From: Anaerovoracaceae bacterium
Lineage (GTDB): Bacteria > Bacillota > Clostridia > Peptostreptococcales > Anaerovoracaceae
Direction: 5' to 3'
NCBI GenBank assembly: GCA_029983755.1
Contig: JASBYX010000002.1
Location: forward strand, 5,188-69,187
DNA: 64,000 bases
In this document: piece by piece, positions 49,591-59,401 of the stretch
How the letters are laid out: the number at the start of each line of letters is the position of its first letter
Numbering within the stretch: the stretch's first letter is position 1
The notes under the pieces: model-generated
What the model was told of the DNA's origin: nothing
Database searches by the model: none
What the model saw: the letters and a program-made list of their open reading frames with translations, nothing else
Translations under genes and position numbers: made by a program

Positions 49591-50715
49591 ATGTATCCAA
49601 GGATTTTAGTTGACATCAATAAACTGAGAGACAATGTTAGGACTCTTGCAAAAATCACTAAAAACGACGGTAATTGCACTCTTATGATAGTGACAAAGGG
49701 AATGTGTGCAGATCCGGAGATGGTGAAGATGCTCGCCGAGAGCCCGGAGGTAGACTTTGTGGCTGACTCCAGAATGAAGAACATCGCAAGCTACAGCAAA
49801 ACAGTTAGAGATGCCGGGAAGAAGACGGTTCTCATTAGGATTCCCATGCTCAGCGAAGTTGAAGAGCTAGTCAAGCATGTTGACCTTTGCTTTAATTCCG
49901 AAATGGAAACAGTAAGGGCGATAAACAAGGCAGCAGAGAAGGCCGGAAAAGTTCAGGATGTTTTGCTGATGATAGACCTTGGAGATCTGAGAGAAGGATT
50001 TTTCTTCAAAAACGAAGAAGAAATCCTGAATGCGGCAGAGGAAATCAAGGCTATGGAAAATGTAAACCTGTATGGGATAGGTGTTAATCTAACCTGCTAC
50101 GGTGCCATAATTCCTAAGAATGACAACCTGTCTCAGCTTGTGGAAATCGGCAGAAAGATTGAAGAGCACACCGGCAAGAAGCTGGAAATGATTTCAGGTG
50201 GTAACTCCAGTTCAATTTATTTGATAGAGAGTGAGACCATGCCTAGAATCGGAAGGATGCCTAAGGACGAGAAGATGCCTGAGGGAATCAATAACCTGAG
50301 ACTCGGTGAGGCTTTCCTTTTGGGGAACGATACCGCATACGAGACGGAAATTCCTGAAACTCATCACGATGCCATCAAGCTCCAGGCCGAAATCATCGAG
50401 CTCAAGGAGAAGCCTTCCCTTCCAATAGGTGAAGTAGGGGTGGATGCTTTCGGAGAGAAGCCTTACTATGAGGATAAGGGAATCATGAAGAGAGCTATAA
50501 TTGCTGTTGGAAAACAGGACACTGACCTCGGTTCAATGACCCCGGTGGATGAGAGAATTGAGATTATGGGAGGAAGTTCTGACCATATAATCTTAGACTT
50601 GACTGCTTGTGGGGACGAGTACAAAATAGGTGACATAGTGGAGTTTACGGTTGGTTATGGGGGTATGCTAAAGCTGGCTACTTCTCCATATGTTGACAGG
50701 GAGTATGTGAAATAG
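49591..50715 (+). CDS. orr: Ornithine racemase
   Basis: VTKG PLP lysine, DSR, DLGDLREG, NLTCYG, SGGNSS, GGSSDH. Confidence 0.9.
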   Translation: MYPRILVDINKLRDNVRTLAKITKNDGNCTLMIVTKGMCADPEMVKMLAESPEVDFVADSRMKNIASYSKTVRDAGKKTVLIRIPMLSEVEELVKHVDLCFNSEMETVRAINKAAEKAGKVQDVLLMIDLGDLREGFFFKNEEEILNAAEEIKAMENVNLYGIGVNLTCYGAIIPKNDNLSQLVEIGRKIEEHTGKKLEMISGGNSSSIYLIESETMPRIGRMPKDEKMPEGINNLRLGEAFLLGNDTAYETEIPETHHDAIKLQAEIIELKEKPSLPIGEVGVDAFGEKPYYEDKGIMKRAIIAVGKQDTDLGSMTPVDERIEIMGGSSDHIILDLTACGDEYKIGDIVEFTVGYGGMLKLATSPYVDREYVK

Positions 50716-50786
50716 GGGAATGTTGCGATTGCCATAACCGTAACATCGGAGGCCTGTGTTTTGTGTCAGCCTGAAATATGAGGACG

Positions 50787-50839
50787 AAAAAGGTGCTATG
50801 AGAACACCCTGAAAGATGGGGCTTCTCACAGCACCTTTT
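50787..50839. terminator. Bidirectional terminator between orr and trxA
   Basis: AAAAAGGTGCTATGAGAA ... TTCTCACAGCACCTTTT. Confidence 0.8.
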
Positions 50840-50881
50840 ATAAAATGTATAAACTGTGAAATCTATCGAATTAATAATGGA

Positions 50882-51193
50882 TTATAGACCTAGCTTGTTG
50901 AGAAGAGCTTCCTTAGGAAGTGCACCAACAGCGTTTGCCTTCTTCTCGCCACCCTCAAAGAGGAAGATAGCAGGAATAGTCATAACTCCATACTCCATAG
51001 CAAGTTCCTGGTTTTCGTCAACGTTTACCTTGCAAACCTTAACTTCCCCGTCCTTTTCCTTTGCGATTTCGTCAAGGGTTGGAGCCAGGTTCACGCAGTG
51101 GCCACACCATGGAGCCCAGAAATCAACGATTACAGGCTTGTCATTCTTTAGAACTTCTGCTTCAAAAGTATTCTTGTTTACATCTACTACCAT
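50882..51193 (-). CDS. trxA: Thioredoxin
   Basis: VDFWAPWCGHC, KVNVDEN, GVMTIP; RBS AAGGAGG. Confidence 0.93.
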   Translation of the reverse strand: MVVDVNKNTFEAEVLKNDKPVIVDFWAPWCGHCVNLAPTLDEIAKEKDGEVKVCKVNVDENQELAMEYGVMTIPAIFLFEGGEKKANAVGALPKEALLNKLGL

Positions 51194-51194
51194 A

Positions 51195-51965
51195 TCATTT
51201 CCTCCTTAAAATATGTATATGATCCAGTGTTGACTTTGTCATATCTTGTATTGTCTTTGGCAGCTTCTTGATTTCCTCTCGGGACAAATCATCGATGTAT
51301 ATAGGGTCGAGAAACTGCACTGTTACAACTATATCCTCTCCGGTTCTGAGATACCCTTGCTCTTCGAACCAGTGATAGGCACCATCCACAACTATGGGAA
51401 CTAGAGGAGCACCTGTGTTTCCGCCGGTTGCGAGCTTAAATGCACCTGCCTTATACTCATTGAGATGGGGTCCCTGGCTTCGTGTTCCTTCAGGAAATAT
51501 CACCATTGAATCCCCGTCCTTTAAGTGCTTCCAGCTTTCTTTGAAAACTTTCAGAGAACTCCGAGCATTCCCTCTTTCGATGAAGTATCCTCCAACGGAT
51601 TCAATCCATTTGCCCACAAAAGGCACCTTTCGGAGCTCGGATTTTCCAAGAAAGCCTGACTGCTTATTCCCTAGAGCGTACAAAATGGCTACAACATCAA
51701 GATACCCCTGATGATTAGAAATAAACACACATCCTTCATTTTCAGGGACTTTATCTCTGTCGATAACACTTATATTCAATTTAAAATCCTTCGCCACCTG
51801 CTTCATAAGTGTGCTGCTGTAATTCCCTATGTATGAGCGAACCTCAGCAGGACTTGCAGTTTTTCGAAGCTTATCTATATTCTTTCTGATCTTTTCCATT
51901 CTGGCTAGCTGCTTGATGACGGAAAAGGTATTAATTGGTAACATGATATATTTAGAAATCGACAT
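51195..51965 (-). CDS. plsC: 1-acyl-sn-glycerol-3-phosphate acyltransferase
   Basis: NHQGYLD, FIER, IFPEGTRS. Confidence 0.9.
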   Translation of the reverse strand: MSISKYIMLPINTFSVIKQLARMEKIRKNIDKLRKTASPAEVRSYIGNYSSTLMKQVAKDFKLNISVIDRDKVPENEGCVFISNHQGYLDVVAILYALGNKQSGFLGKSELRKVPFVGKWIESVGGYFIERGNARSSLKVFKESWKHLKDGDSMVIFPEGTRSQGPHLNEYKAGAFKLATGGNTGAPLVPIVVDGAYHWFEEQGYLRTGEDIVVTVQFLDPIYIDDLSREEIKKLPKTIQDMTKSTLDHIHILRRK

Positions 51966-52073
51966 ACATTTTTACCCTTGATCTATTCTCTGTCTTACTC
52001 TTGATTTGCCCTTGATTTGTCTTTTTGTTTTACTCTTGATAATCCTCTTGTGAGTTTAACCCAATCTTTATAC

Positions 52074-52116
52074 TACTATACCACATTACAGGTGGAAAAA
52101 ACCATAGGGAAAGTGT
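52074..52116. repeat. 43-bp direct repeat, copy 1 (promoter core)
   Basis: TACTATACCACATTACAGGTGGAAAAAACCATAGGGAAAGTGT; one mismatch to 52747-52789. Confidence 0.93.
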
Positions 52117-52572
52117 CTAGAGTGTATATATTAGGCAGTAGCCTTTGTTCAGCTCTTTGCTATATAAAAAAAGTTTGGCTTTACTACCCTCTTTAGCAAT
52201 CCGATATTTCACATCGCTTCTTTGTCTAAGGATATCTATTTCCTTTTTTAATGTTTTAAGGTTCTCATTATATTTGGCTTTAGAATTCATTAGTCCCTCA
52301 AAATTTAGGGTGTAATATTCATGAAGTTCCTCATCTTGCGATTTAAGACTTGCACCAGTTTCAGAATTTTTTAAGGAAAAAGAATATATATCCAATCTAT
52401 CGTTACCAAAACCTCGCTCGCTTTGGTATTCAACTTTTGACTCTGCAATTTCCTGCCATATTTCCGAGAGATCAACAGCTTTCTCATATATAGGTAACAC
52501 TATATAGACAATAGAGATTATGCCGAGACAAATTAAAATTATCAAACTTATTTTTTTCGTTTTGCTTTTCAT
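52117..52572 (-). CDS. Hypothetical membrane-anchored/exported protein
   Basis: 151-aa AT-rich ORF with basic N-terminus and one hydrophobic helix; stop abuts repeat copy 1. Confidence 0.7.
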   Translation of the reverse strand: MKSKTKKISLIILICLGIISIVYIVLPIYEKAVDLSEIWQEIAESKVEYQSERGFGNDRLDIYSFSLKNSETGASLKSQDEELHEYYTLNFEGLMNSKAKYNENLKTLKKEIDILRQRSDVKYRIAKEGSKAKLFLYSKELNKGYCLIYTL

Positions 52573-52746
52573 CTTTATACATCCAAAGATATAGTAACGT
52601 CAATTTTACTTAATACACCAAGCTCTTGATTTAAATAAGCCCAATTATTTACGATGCTTGTAAATAAACTTACATCTCTTGTATACCCGAAACCATAAAA
52701 AGTAAAAATGAAATAAAGCACTGCGATAGCTGACAGTTAAATATTT

Positions 52747-52789
52747 TACTATACCACATTGCAGGTGGAAAAAACCATAGGGAAAGTGT
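52747..52789. repeat. 43-bp direct repeat, copy 2 (divergent promoter core)
   Basis: Plus strand TGGAAA-17-TATAAT; minus strand TGTGG-TATAGT extended -10. Confidence 0.93.
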
Positions 52790-52864
52790 ATAATGGTAAA
52801 GTAATGACGGCAATAATGAGAAACTAGAAAAATTTAGGAATAGGAAGGAGCTATTGGAACCAAA

Positions 52865-53104
52865 ATGCACTTGAGCGAAGGCCTTAGGAAAAAAATAGGG
52901 ACTGCCCTAATCATCTTCACCGCACTTCAATCTGCCGTAATCATTTGGCTCTATCTTGAAGTCCTCAGCGAAGACCTCAGCTTCTCGGCTTTTTTGTGCA
53001 TACTCCTTATTCCCGTTGCCATTGAGACAGCCGCAATCTGCATTTTATTCGGAAAACGGAGGAACAAGAATGATTATCGTAAACACACCGGAACTAAAAG
53101 ATAA
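52865..53104 (+). CDS. Small two-TM hypothetical protein
   Basis: Two hydrophobic helices; downstream of promoter; overlaps next gene. Confidence 0.55.
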   Translation: MHLSEGLRKKIGTALIIFTALQSAVIIWLYLEVLSEDLSFSAFLCILLIPVAIETAAICILFGKRRNKNDYRKHTGTKR

Positions 53105-53420
53105 AGATTATGAACTTCTGACAATTGTCCACGGATCAGTTGTCATGTCAAAACATATTGGTAAAGACCTATTGGCAGGTTTTAAGACCATTGTGGGGGG
53201 AGAAATTCAAGGCTATACGGAGATGCTTGTTGATGCAAGAAATGTCGCCACTGAAAGAATGATAAATCAAGCTAAAAATCTTGGGGCTGATGGCATCATA
53301 AATGTTAAGTATACAAGCTCTTCGGTAATGGAGACAGCTTCCGAGATAACAGCCTTCGGTACGGCCATCAAGCTAAAAACACCTGATGGTAAAGGTGAAG
53401 GAAAGACTATTAGTGAATAG
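53070..53420 (+). CDS. YbjQ/UPF0145 family protein
   Basis: ATG after GGAGG; VGGEIQGYTEML..AR, LGADGII, AFGTAIK. Confidence 0.9.
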   Translation: MIIVNTPELKDKDYELLTIVHGSVVMSKHIGKDLLAGFKTIVGGEIQGYTEMLVDARNVATERMINQAKNLGADGIINVKYTSSSVMETASEITAFGTAIKLKTPDGKGEGKTISE

Positions 53421-53458
53421 CATCTAGATATGCTCGAATAAGCTAATATACTTTTAAT

Positions 53459-54178
53459 ATGAGAAACTTCGGAAATACTATGATTGTACTGAATCAAAAT
53501 AACGATATAAATAAAAAAAATAGCACAGCATTGAGACTCGCCCTTGGAGCGGTGGGTCTCATTATTTTTGCCTTACTGGCATGGCAGGTTTTGGATGCAG
53601 GGAAGGGACCGGCTCTCTTTGACGACAAAATACGTTTCCAATTCTACGCATTACGGCGTGAGTGGCTGACCCCAATAGTAAAGGCAGTCACATATTCAGG
53701 GAACTGGCAACCTACAGTCGGAGTGGCGGTTTTGCTTATTCTGATTCCAAGAACCCGAAAGCCTCTGGGCTATCCCTCGGCAGCAATGGCAATAATTTCC
53801 GTGTCAGTTTATTCCCTGCTGAAAATAATCTTTGATAGGCCAAGGCCGGACAGGGCGCTGTGGCTTGTAATCCAGCACGACGCCTCATTTCCATCGGGGC
53901 ATGCCCTGAATTGCATGATTTTCTATGGAGCGATAATTTTCCTTATTTACAGGGGGGTATATCCCACAAAACACAGCAAAATCATAATTCTCTGCCTCTC
54001 TCTTCTAATTATATCCATCGGGCTTTCGAGAATTTATGTGGGGGTTCACTACCCGACGGACGTGGTTGCCGGATGGAGTTTTGGAATTTTTTTGCTTATA
54101 GTTTTCTCTTTTTGGGTAGATAAGTATGGTAATTATCTGAGACCCACTAAGGTCATCAAAGAAAGGAGAAATATATGA
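53459..54178 (+). CDS. PAP2-family membrane phosphatase (start uncertain)
   Basis: K....RPRP, SFPSGH, SRIYVGVHYPTDV. Confidence 0.9.
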   Translation: MRNFGNTMIVLNQNNDINKKNSTALRLALGAVGLIIFALLAWQVLDAGKGPALFDDKIRFQFYALRREWLTPIVKAVTYSGNWQPTVGVAVLLILIPRTRKPLGYPSAAMAIISVSVYSLLKIIFDRPRPDRALWLVIQHDASFPSGHALNCMIFYGAIIFLIYRGVYPTKHSKIIILCLSLLIISIGLSRIYVGVHYPTDVVAGWSFGIFLLIVFSFWVDKYGNYLRPTKVIKERRNI

Positions 54179-55128
54179 TAGCAAAATCAATTATTGAAGC
54201 GATAGGAAAAACACCTCTCATGAGGCTTGATAGATATACAGAGGCTAGGAATATAGAGTGCGCCAATTTCTTTGGGAAGCTGGAAGCACTGAACCCAACG
54301 GGGAGCGTCAAGGCGAGGGCGGCAGCTTACATGCTGCAGAAGGCCCGGGATGAGGGGCTTCTGAATGACGGTGGGACCGTTGTGGAGCCTACGTCAGGGA
54401 ACACCGGAATTGCCCTCGCAGCTATGGCAAGGGCTATGGGGTACAAGGCCATAATGGTGATGCCTGAATCCATGAGCCAGGAGCGAAGGAGCATGATTAC
54501 TGCCTACGGAGCAGAACTTGTTCTGACACCTGCATCTGAAGGTATGCAAGGTACTCTAGATAAAACAAAACAGCTTCTCGATGAGATGAATTCTAAAGAG
54601 AAGGGCAGTGCCTATTCACCGGGGCAGTTCGACAATCCGGCTAACGCCCTAGCTCACTACGAGACAACAGGCCCTGAAATTTGGGAGGATCTTGAAGGAA
54701 AGGTTGACATCTTCGTTGCAGGATTTGGAACTGCCGGAACTGTTTCGGGAGCAGGGAAATTCCTGAAGGAGAAAAACCCGGATGTTAAGATCATTGCTGT
54801 GGAGCCAAGTGGATCCCCACTGGTTTCAGAAGGAAAGGCAGGGCCTCATAAGATTCAGGGAATAGGCGCAAACTTCATACCGGGACTTCTGACAGATGAG
54901 GTTAGAAATGACATCATCGACGAAGTGATAACCGTTGGGAACGAAGAATCTGTAGAAGCTGCAGGTGTTTTGTCGAAAACGGAAGGGTATCTGGCAGGAA
55001 TTTCTGCAGGTGCTGCTCTTGTTGCAGCAGAGAAGGTAGCTTTGAGAGAGGAGAACAGGGGAAAGAACATCGTGGTTATCCTCCCTGACGGCGGAGATAG
55101 GTACATGTCTATGGGGCTTTACGACTGA
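54175..55128 (+). CDS. cysK: Cysteine synthase A
   Basis: NPTGSVKAR, EPTSGNTG, QFDNPAN, PHKIQGIG. Confidence 0.93.
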   Translation: MIAKSIIEAIGKTPLMRLDRYTEARNIECANFFGKLEALNPTGSVKARAAAYMLQKARDEGLLNDGGTVVEPTSGNTGIALAAMARAMGYKAIMVMPESMSQERRSMITAYGAELVLTPASEGMQGTLDKTKQLLDEMNSKEKGSAYSPGQFDNPANALAHYETTGPEIWEDLEGKVDIFVAGFGTAGTVSGAGKFLKEKNPDVKIIAVEPSGSPLVSEGKAGPHKIQGIGANFIPGLLTDEVRNDIIDEVITVGNEESVEAAGVLSKTEGYLAGISAGAALVAAEKVALREENRGKNIVVILPDGGDRYMSMGLYD

Positions 55129-55245
55129 TCGGGGAAAGACCTAACTTTGTCAGGATTTTACTTGAAAAATTAGCCGCTTTCTAGTAAAATAGTTTATACA
55201 AAACTAGTTTTATTTAATCAACAATGATTTTTAAAGGAGGCTTTT

Positions 55246-55410
55246 ATGAAAAAGTATGAATGTGGTGCTTGTGGGCACATCTATGATCCTGCTGAAGGTG
55301 ATCCTGAACACGGCGTTGCTCCGGGAACTGCTTTTGAAGATCTTCCTGATGATTGGAAATGTCCGCTTTGCGGAATGGGCAAGGAAGTTTTCGAGCCTGT
55401 TGAGGAATAG
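55246..55410 (+). CDS. Rubredoxin (54 aa; absent from ORF track)
   Basis: [25 protein letters not shown]...[11 protein letters not shown]. Confidence 0.95.
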   Translation: MKKYECGACGHIYDPAEGDPEHGVAPGTAFEDLPDDWKCPLCGMGKEVFEPVEE

Positions 55411-55415
55411 TTTCA

Positions 55416-56090
55416 ATGAGCAATGTAATTTTTAAGTTCGGCTATGGACTGTATATTTTGACAGCAAAGGATGGGGATAAGGATAACGGTTGTATAATTA
55501 ATACCGCTATGCAGGCAACTGCAGATCCTTTCCAGGTTTCCATCACACTCAATAAGCAGAACTACACTCATGAGATGATTGAGAAGACTAGGAAGTTTAC
55601 TGTGTCTTTCCTGAGTGAAGAAGCTGATTTTGAACTGTTCAAAGTGTTTGGATTCCAGAGCGGAAGAGATGTCAACAAGTTTGACGACTTTAAGGATTGT
55701 GAGAGAGGGGAAAACGGCATTTACTATGTGACCAAGGGAACTAATGCCATGGTTTCTGTGGATGTTGAGAAGACCCTGGACATCGGTACTCATACGATTT
55801 TCGTAGGCAAGGTTACCCAGGAGATGGATATAACCGACGCACCAAGCTGTACATATAACTATTACCAGACTTCCATTAAGCCAAAGCCGGAAGCTGCAAA
55901 GGCTGAGGGTGAAGGTGATGAGAGTGCAGGTGAAAAGTGGGTATGCAGCATATGCAATTATGTCTACGATCCTGCAAAGGGAGATCCTGATCACGGAATC
56001 CCTGCCGGCACTAAGTTTGAGGATATTCCTGAAGATTGGGTTTGCCCAATTTGTAAGCACGGTAAAGAAGTATTCAAGAAGATGGAGTAA
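55416..56090 (+). CDS. Flavin reductase-like domain fused to rubredoxin (high-molecular-weight rubredoxin)
   Basis: [26 protein letters not shown]-terminal CSIC..WVCPIC. Confidence 0.9.
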   Translation: MSNVIFKFGYGLYILTAKDGDKDNGCIINTAMQATADPFQVSITLNKQNYTHEMIEKTRKFTVSFLSEEADFELFKVFGFQSGRDVNKFDDFKDCERGENGIYYVTKGTNAMVSVDVEKTLDIGTHTIFVGKVTQEMDITDAPSCTYNYYQTSIKPKPEAAKAEGEGDESAGEKWVCSICNYVYDPAKGDPDHGIPAGTKFEDIPEDWVCPICKHGKEVFKKME

Positions 56091-56219
56091 TCTCAGAGTC
56101 GTCTCTGGGGTAATCTTTGGAGTAATCTTCGGTGTATCAGGAGGCCGCAGGCAACCAAGTCTAGGGAAAACCGGGCTTTGGGCAACCGGCAACCAAATTA
56201 AAAAGTTAATAGAAAATCG

Positions 56220-56283
56220 GAAAACGCCGACCATGTTGGATCCCAAGATTTGTCTATGGGAATATCCACTGACCGGCGTTTTC
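56220..56283. terminator. Long interrupted hairpin between convergent genes
   Basis: GAAAACGCCG ... CGGCGTTTTC with inner stems, followed by T-run. Confidence 0.65.
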
Positions 56284-56380
56284 TTTTTGAACTTTTCACT
56301 TTATCACAAGGCATGTGATTTTAAATTTATTATCAGATTATTTTTCTTATCTTTCAAATCTGCCTATCTTTCAAATCTGC

Positions 56381-57820
56381 CTACTCATTTACAGGAACAG
56401 GCTCTAGCTTGGAGCCATCTGTTTCAGGAGTATTCTTCTTTGTTACAAAGAGAAAGACTCCAAGGCAAACAGCTGCAAAGATGCCGCCTGCGATGTAAGA
56501 AACCTGTTGAGGAAGTCTGAAACCTTCCGGAGCCATTAGAATATATGTGAATGTAACGGCTGACATGAAGGTAGCGGGAACTGCACATATGAAGTAGTTC
56601 TTTCCTGCCTTATACAGATAAGAAGCTGCTGTCCACAGGGCTATCATGGCAAGCGTCTGGTTAGACCATGAGAAGTATCTCCATATGATGTTGAAGTCCA
56701 TCTGGGAAAGGATTCCACCTACGATGAGCAGGGGAGCAGTCAGAAGAAGTCTTAGCTTTCCGTCTGCCTGGTTTATCTTAAACCAATCTGCTATTGTAAG
56801 CCTTGCAGATCTGAATGCAGTGTCTCCTGAAGTTATTGGACAAGCGATAACTCCAATCATTGCAAGAACAGCCCCTGCAGGTCCCAGTAAAGTATGGCAT
56901 ATTTCGTAAACCACGCCATTTGCAGTGTTTTGTGCTAAAGCATTTGAAAGCCCACCTGTGGACTGGTAGAATGCCACGCCGCCGGCGGCCCAAATCAAAG
57001 CGATAACTCCTTCTGCAACCATTGCTCCATAAAACACTCTCCTGCCGTCTTTTTCTCTCTTAAGGCATCTTGCCATCATTGGTGACTGTGTAGCATGAAA
57101 GCCGGAAATCGCTCCGCAGGCTACGGTTATGAACATGAACGGCCATATCGGAGTGTTTGCAGGATGCAGATTTGCGAGAGTCATCTCGGGGATTTCGTAC
57201 CCTTTGACGATTATGCCACCTGCCACACCGATACACATGATTATCAGACAGACACCGAAAATCGGATAGAGCTTGCCTATTATTTTGTCGATGGGTAGAA
57301 GGGTTGCAAAGAAGTAGTACAACAAAATAATTACGAGCCATGTCAGTGCACCCATTTTAGGTACGAGCATGTGTAGAAGTGCTGCCGGACCTGTCGCGAA
57401 AACAGTTCCAACGAGTACCAAAAGAACTACTGAGAATATTCTCATAACGTTTTTCATTATGTCCCCAAGATAGTAGCCGGTTAACTCGGAAACGGATGCT
57501 CCCTTGTGTCTAACTGACAGCATCCCTGTCATAAAGTCGTGAACTCCCCCGGCAAGGATTGTCCCAAATACTATCCAGATGAATACCACAGGACCCCACT
57601 GGGCACCTGCCAGAGCTCCGAAGATCGGCCCCAGTCCTGCGATGTTAAGAAGCTGAATGAGGAAAACTCGTCCTGTTGACATGGGAACGTAATCAACGCC
57701 GTCCTCCATGCTAATGGCAGGGGTATCCTTGTTTGTTACTCCAAACACTTTCTCTACGAAGAATCCGTAGGTGAAGTAGCCTAGGATGAGCAGAGCCAGT
57801 GCAACAAAAAATGTAATCAT
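56381..57820 (-). CDS. cstA: Carbon starvation protein A family transporter
   Basis: DGVDYVP, IAGLGPIFG, GGVHD, ACGAISGFH, YGAMVAEG, TSGDTAFRSAR. Confidence 0.92.
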   Translation of the reverse strand: MITFFVALALLILGYFTYGFFVEKVFGVTNKDTPAISMEDGVDYVPMSTGRVFLIQLLNIAGLGPIFGALAGAQWGPVVFIWIVFGTILAGGVHDFMTGMLSVRHKGASVSELTGYYLGDIMKNVMRIFSVVLLVLVGTVFATGPAALLHMLVPKMGALTWLVIILLYYFFATLLPIDKIIGKLYPIFGVCLIIMCIGVAGGIIVKGYEIPEMTLANLHPANTPIWPFMFITVACGAISGFHATQSPMMARCLKREKDGRRVFYGAMVAEGVIALIWAAGGVAFYQSTGGLSNALAQNTANGVVYEICHTLLGPAGAVLAMIGVIACPITSGDTAFRSARLTIADWFKINQADGKLRLLLTAPLLIVGGILSQMDFNIIWRYFSWSNQTLAMIALWTAASYLYKAGKNYFICAVPATFMSAVTFTYILMAPEGFRLPQQVSYIAGGIFAAVCLGVFLFVTKKNTPETDGSKLEPVPVNE

Positions 57821-58071
57821 AGAAATAAAACCTCCTAATCTGTAACCGAGAACCTAGAACCTAAAACTGAGAACATTGGCTTTTGGTATCGGTCTCGGAA
57901 ACCATAAGGTATAACTAATAAGTAATGTACGTAAAATAGTACAGAAGAATTATATACGGCGGGAATGTATTTTGTCAATAAAAATGCAAAAATATTTAAA
58001 GAAAAGAATATGGCAATTTTGGTCCACTTTGCGAAGTTAACATCGGTTCGGGTTATTTATGGTATGAAAAA

Positions 58072-58099
58072 ACGGTAAGGAGCAAACGCCTCTTACCGT
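58072..58099 (-). terminator. Terminator after nucleotidyltransferase gene
   Basis: ACGGTAAG ... CTTACCGT with A-run upstream on plus strand. Confidence 0.65.
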
Positions 58100-58197
58100 A
58101 TATTTATAATATATATTATGATATAGTTTGGTTTATTGCCTTCAAACTTGTCACGATTTGCCATTATCGTTTGGCATTATCGGAGAGCTGGGATTAA

Positions 58198-59259
58198 TTA
58201 CTTCCAAAGTTTTTCAGGATACAATCCCTTGTCCTTCATGGATTGCAGGGCAGAAGTTACGGAGGCCTTATCTTCTTGATAGGTCATTCCGTACCACTTA
58301 TCCTGGGATGGAAGGATTTTTACTTTTGCCTCGCCATTTGTGATCATTTGATCAACAACATATGGAAGGAAGTATTCTGCCTTTAAAGGATTTTCTCTCT
58401 GAGCCTTTTCTAGAAATGCCGGGCAGCCTTTAATCATTTCTTTCATAAATTCTTGGGTGAACCCCCAGAAGTTCATTGATACTAAAGTGTCCTCAGGAAG
58501 GGGGATCCACTCACCTGAATTTTCGTCTTCATAGGCGATTTCTCCGGAGGACAGTCTCTGAATCTTAGTTCTCTCAACTATGTCTGTCAGGAAACCGTCC
58601 TTGTCCATTTGGCAGACTCCTCTGGCTACATGGCCTGATTCGGACAGCGTATTTGGCAGTCTGTAGCCTACCATTGCGAAGGTTTCTGGTACACCCTCCT
58701 TGTTGGCACCATTTTCTCCGTCTGCATCCGTTGCTCCGTCTGAACCCTCAGCCTTAGCACCCTTGACTTTGTTGGCATCATTTTCTCCGTTTGCATCCGT
58801 TGCTCCGTCTGCACCATTATCTGCAGGAAGAGATGCGAGGAATTCATGTATCTGAAGAAATGCACTTGGCCCATAGTAATCATCGGCATTGATAACGGCA
58901 AAAGGGCCTTTGACAATATCCCTTGCAGCCATTACAGCATGACAGGTTCCCCAAGGCTTGGTTCTGCCTTCAGGAACTTTGTAGCCTGAGGGGATGTCAT
59001 CAAGCTCTTGGTATGCATAGTGTATGTTAAGGTGCTTGCCGGCACGGTTTTCGAGAAGTTCATCGAAGGCCTCACGGTGTTCCTTCCTTATTATAAATAC
59101 TACATCCTCAAAGCCTGCCATCATAGCATCGTAAAGAGAGAAGTCCAAGAGGATTTCTCCCTGAGGCGTTACAGGGTCCATCTGCTTGAGACCGCCATAG
59201 CGGCTACCCATGCCTGCAGCCATAACCACTAGAGCCGGTTTTTCGATCTTATCGACCAT
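58198..59259 (-). CDS. Sugar-phosphate nucleotidyltransferase family protein with low-complexity insert
   Basis: MAAGMGSRYGGLKQ, KPWGT, INADDYYG, SMNFWGF, WYGMTY. Confidence 0.88.
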   Translation of the reverse strand: MVDKIEKPALVVMAAGMGSRYGGLKQMDPVTPQGEILLDFSLYDAMMAGFEDVVFIIRKEHREAFDELLENRAGKHLNIHYAYQELDDIPSGYKVPEGRTKPWGTCHAVMAARDIVKGPFAVINADDYYGPSAFLQIHEFLASLPADNGADGATDANGENDANKVKGAKAEGSDGATDADGENGANKEGVPETFAMVGYRLPNTLSESGHVARGVCQMDKDGFLTDIVERTKIQRLSSGEIAYEDENSGEWIPLPEDTLVSMNFWGFTQEFMKEMIKGCPAFLEKAQRENPLKAEYFLPYVVDQMITNGEAKVKILPSQDKWYGMTYQEDKASVTSALQSMKDKGLYPEKLWK

Positions 59260-59340
59260 AGTTACTTCCTTTCATATAAGCGCTTAGCATTTTCTTTGCA
59301 CATTAGCGTTGTGATATAGCGAATTGCATTTTCATTGCTA

Positions 59341-59387
59341 ATTATCGTTGCGATTTAGCGTTTTGTATTATCGTTGCGATTTAGCGT
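59341..59387. repeat. Direct repeat ATTATCGTTGCGATTTAGCGT x2 (26-bp period), degenerate third copy at 59302
   Basis: Copies at 59341 and 59367; ATTAGCGTTGTGATATAGCGA at 59302. Confidence 0.8.
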
Positions 59388-59401
59388 ATTTTAAATTTTT
59401 T

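Noticed and set aside
50882..51193. CGHC active site as a novel thioredoxin type
   Set aside because: A known variant; the rest of the protein is ordinary thioredoxin.
55413..56520. ORFs 55413-56246 (-) and 55909-56520 (+)
   Set aside because: Shadow frames overlapping the flavin reductase-rubredoxin and cstA genes; no recognisable motifs or RBS.
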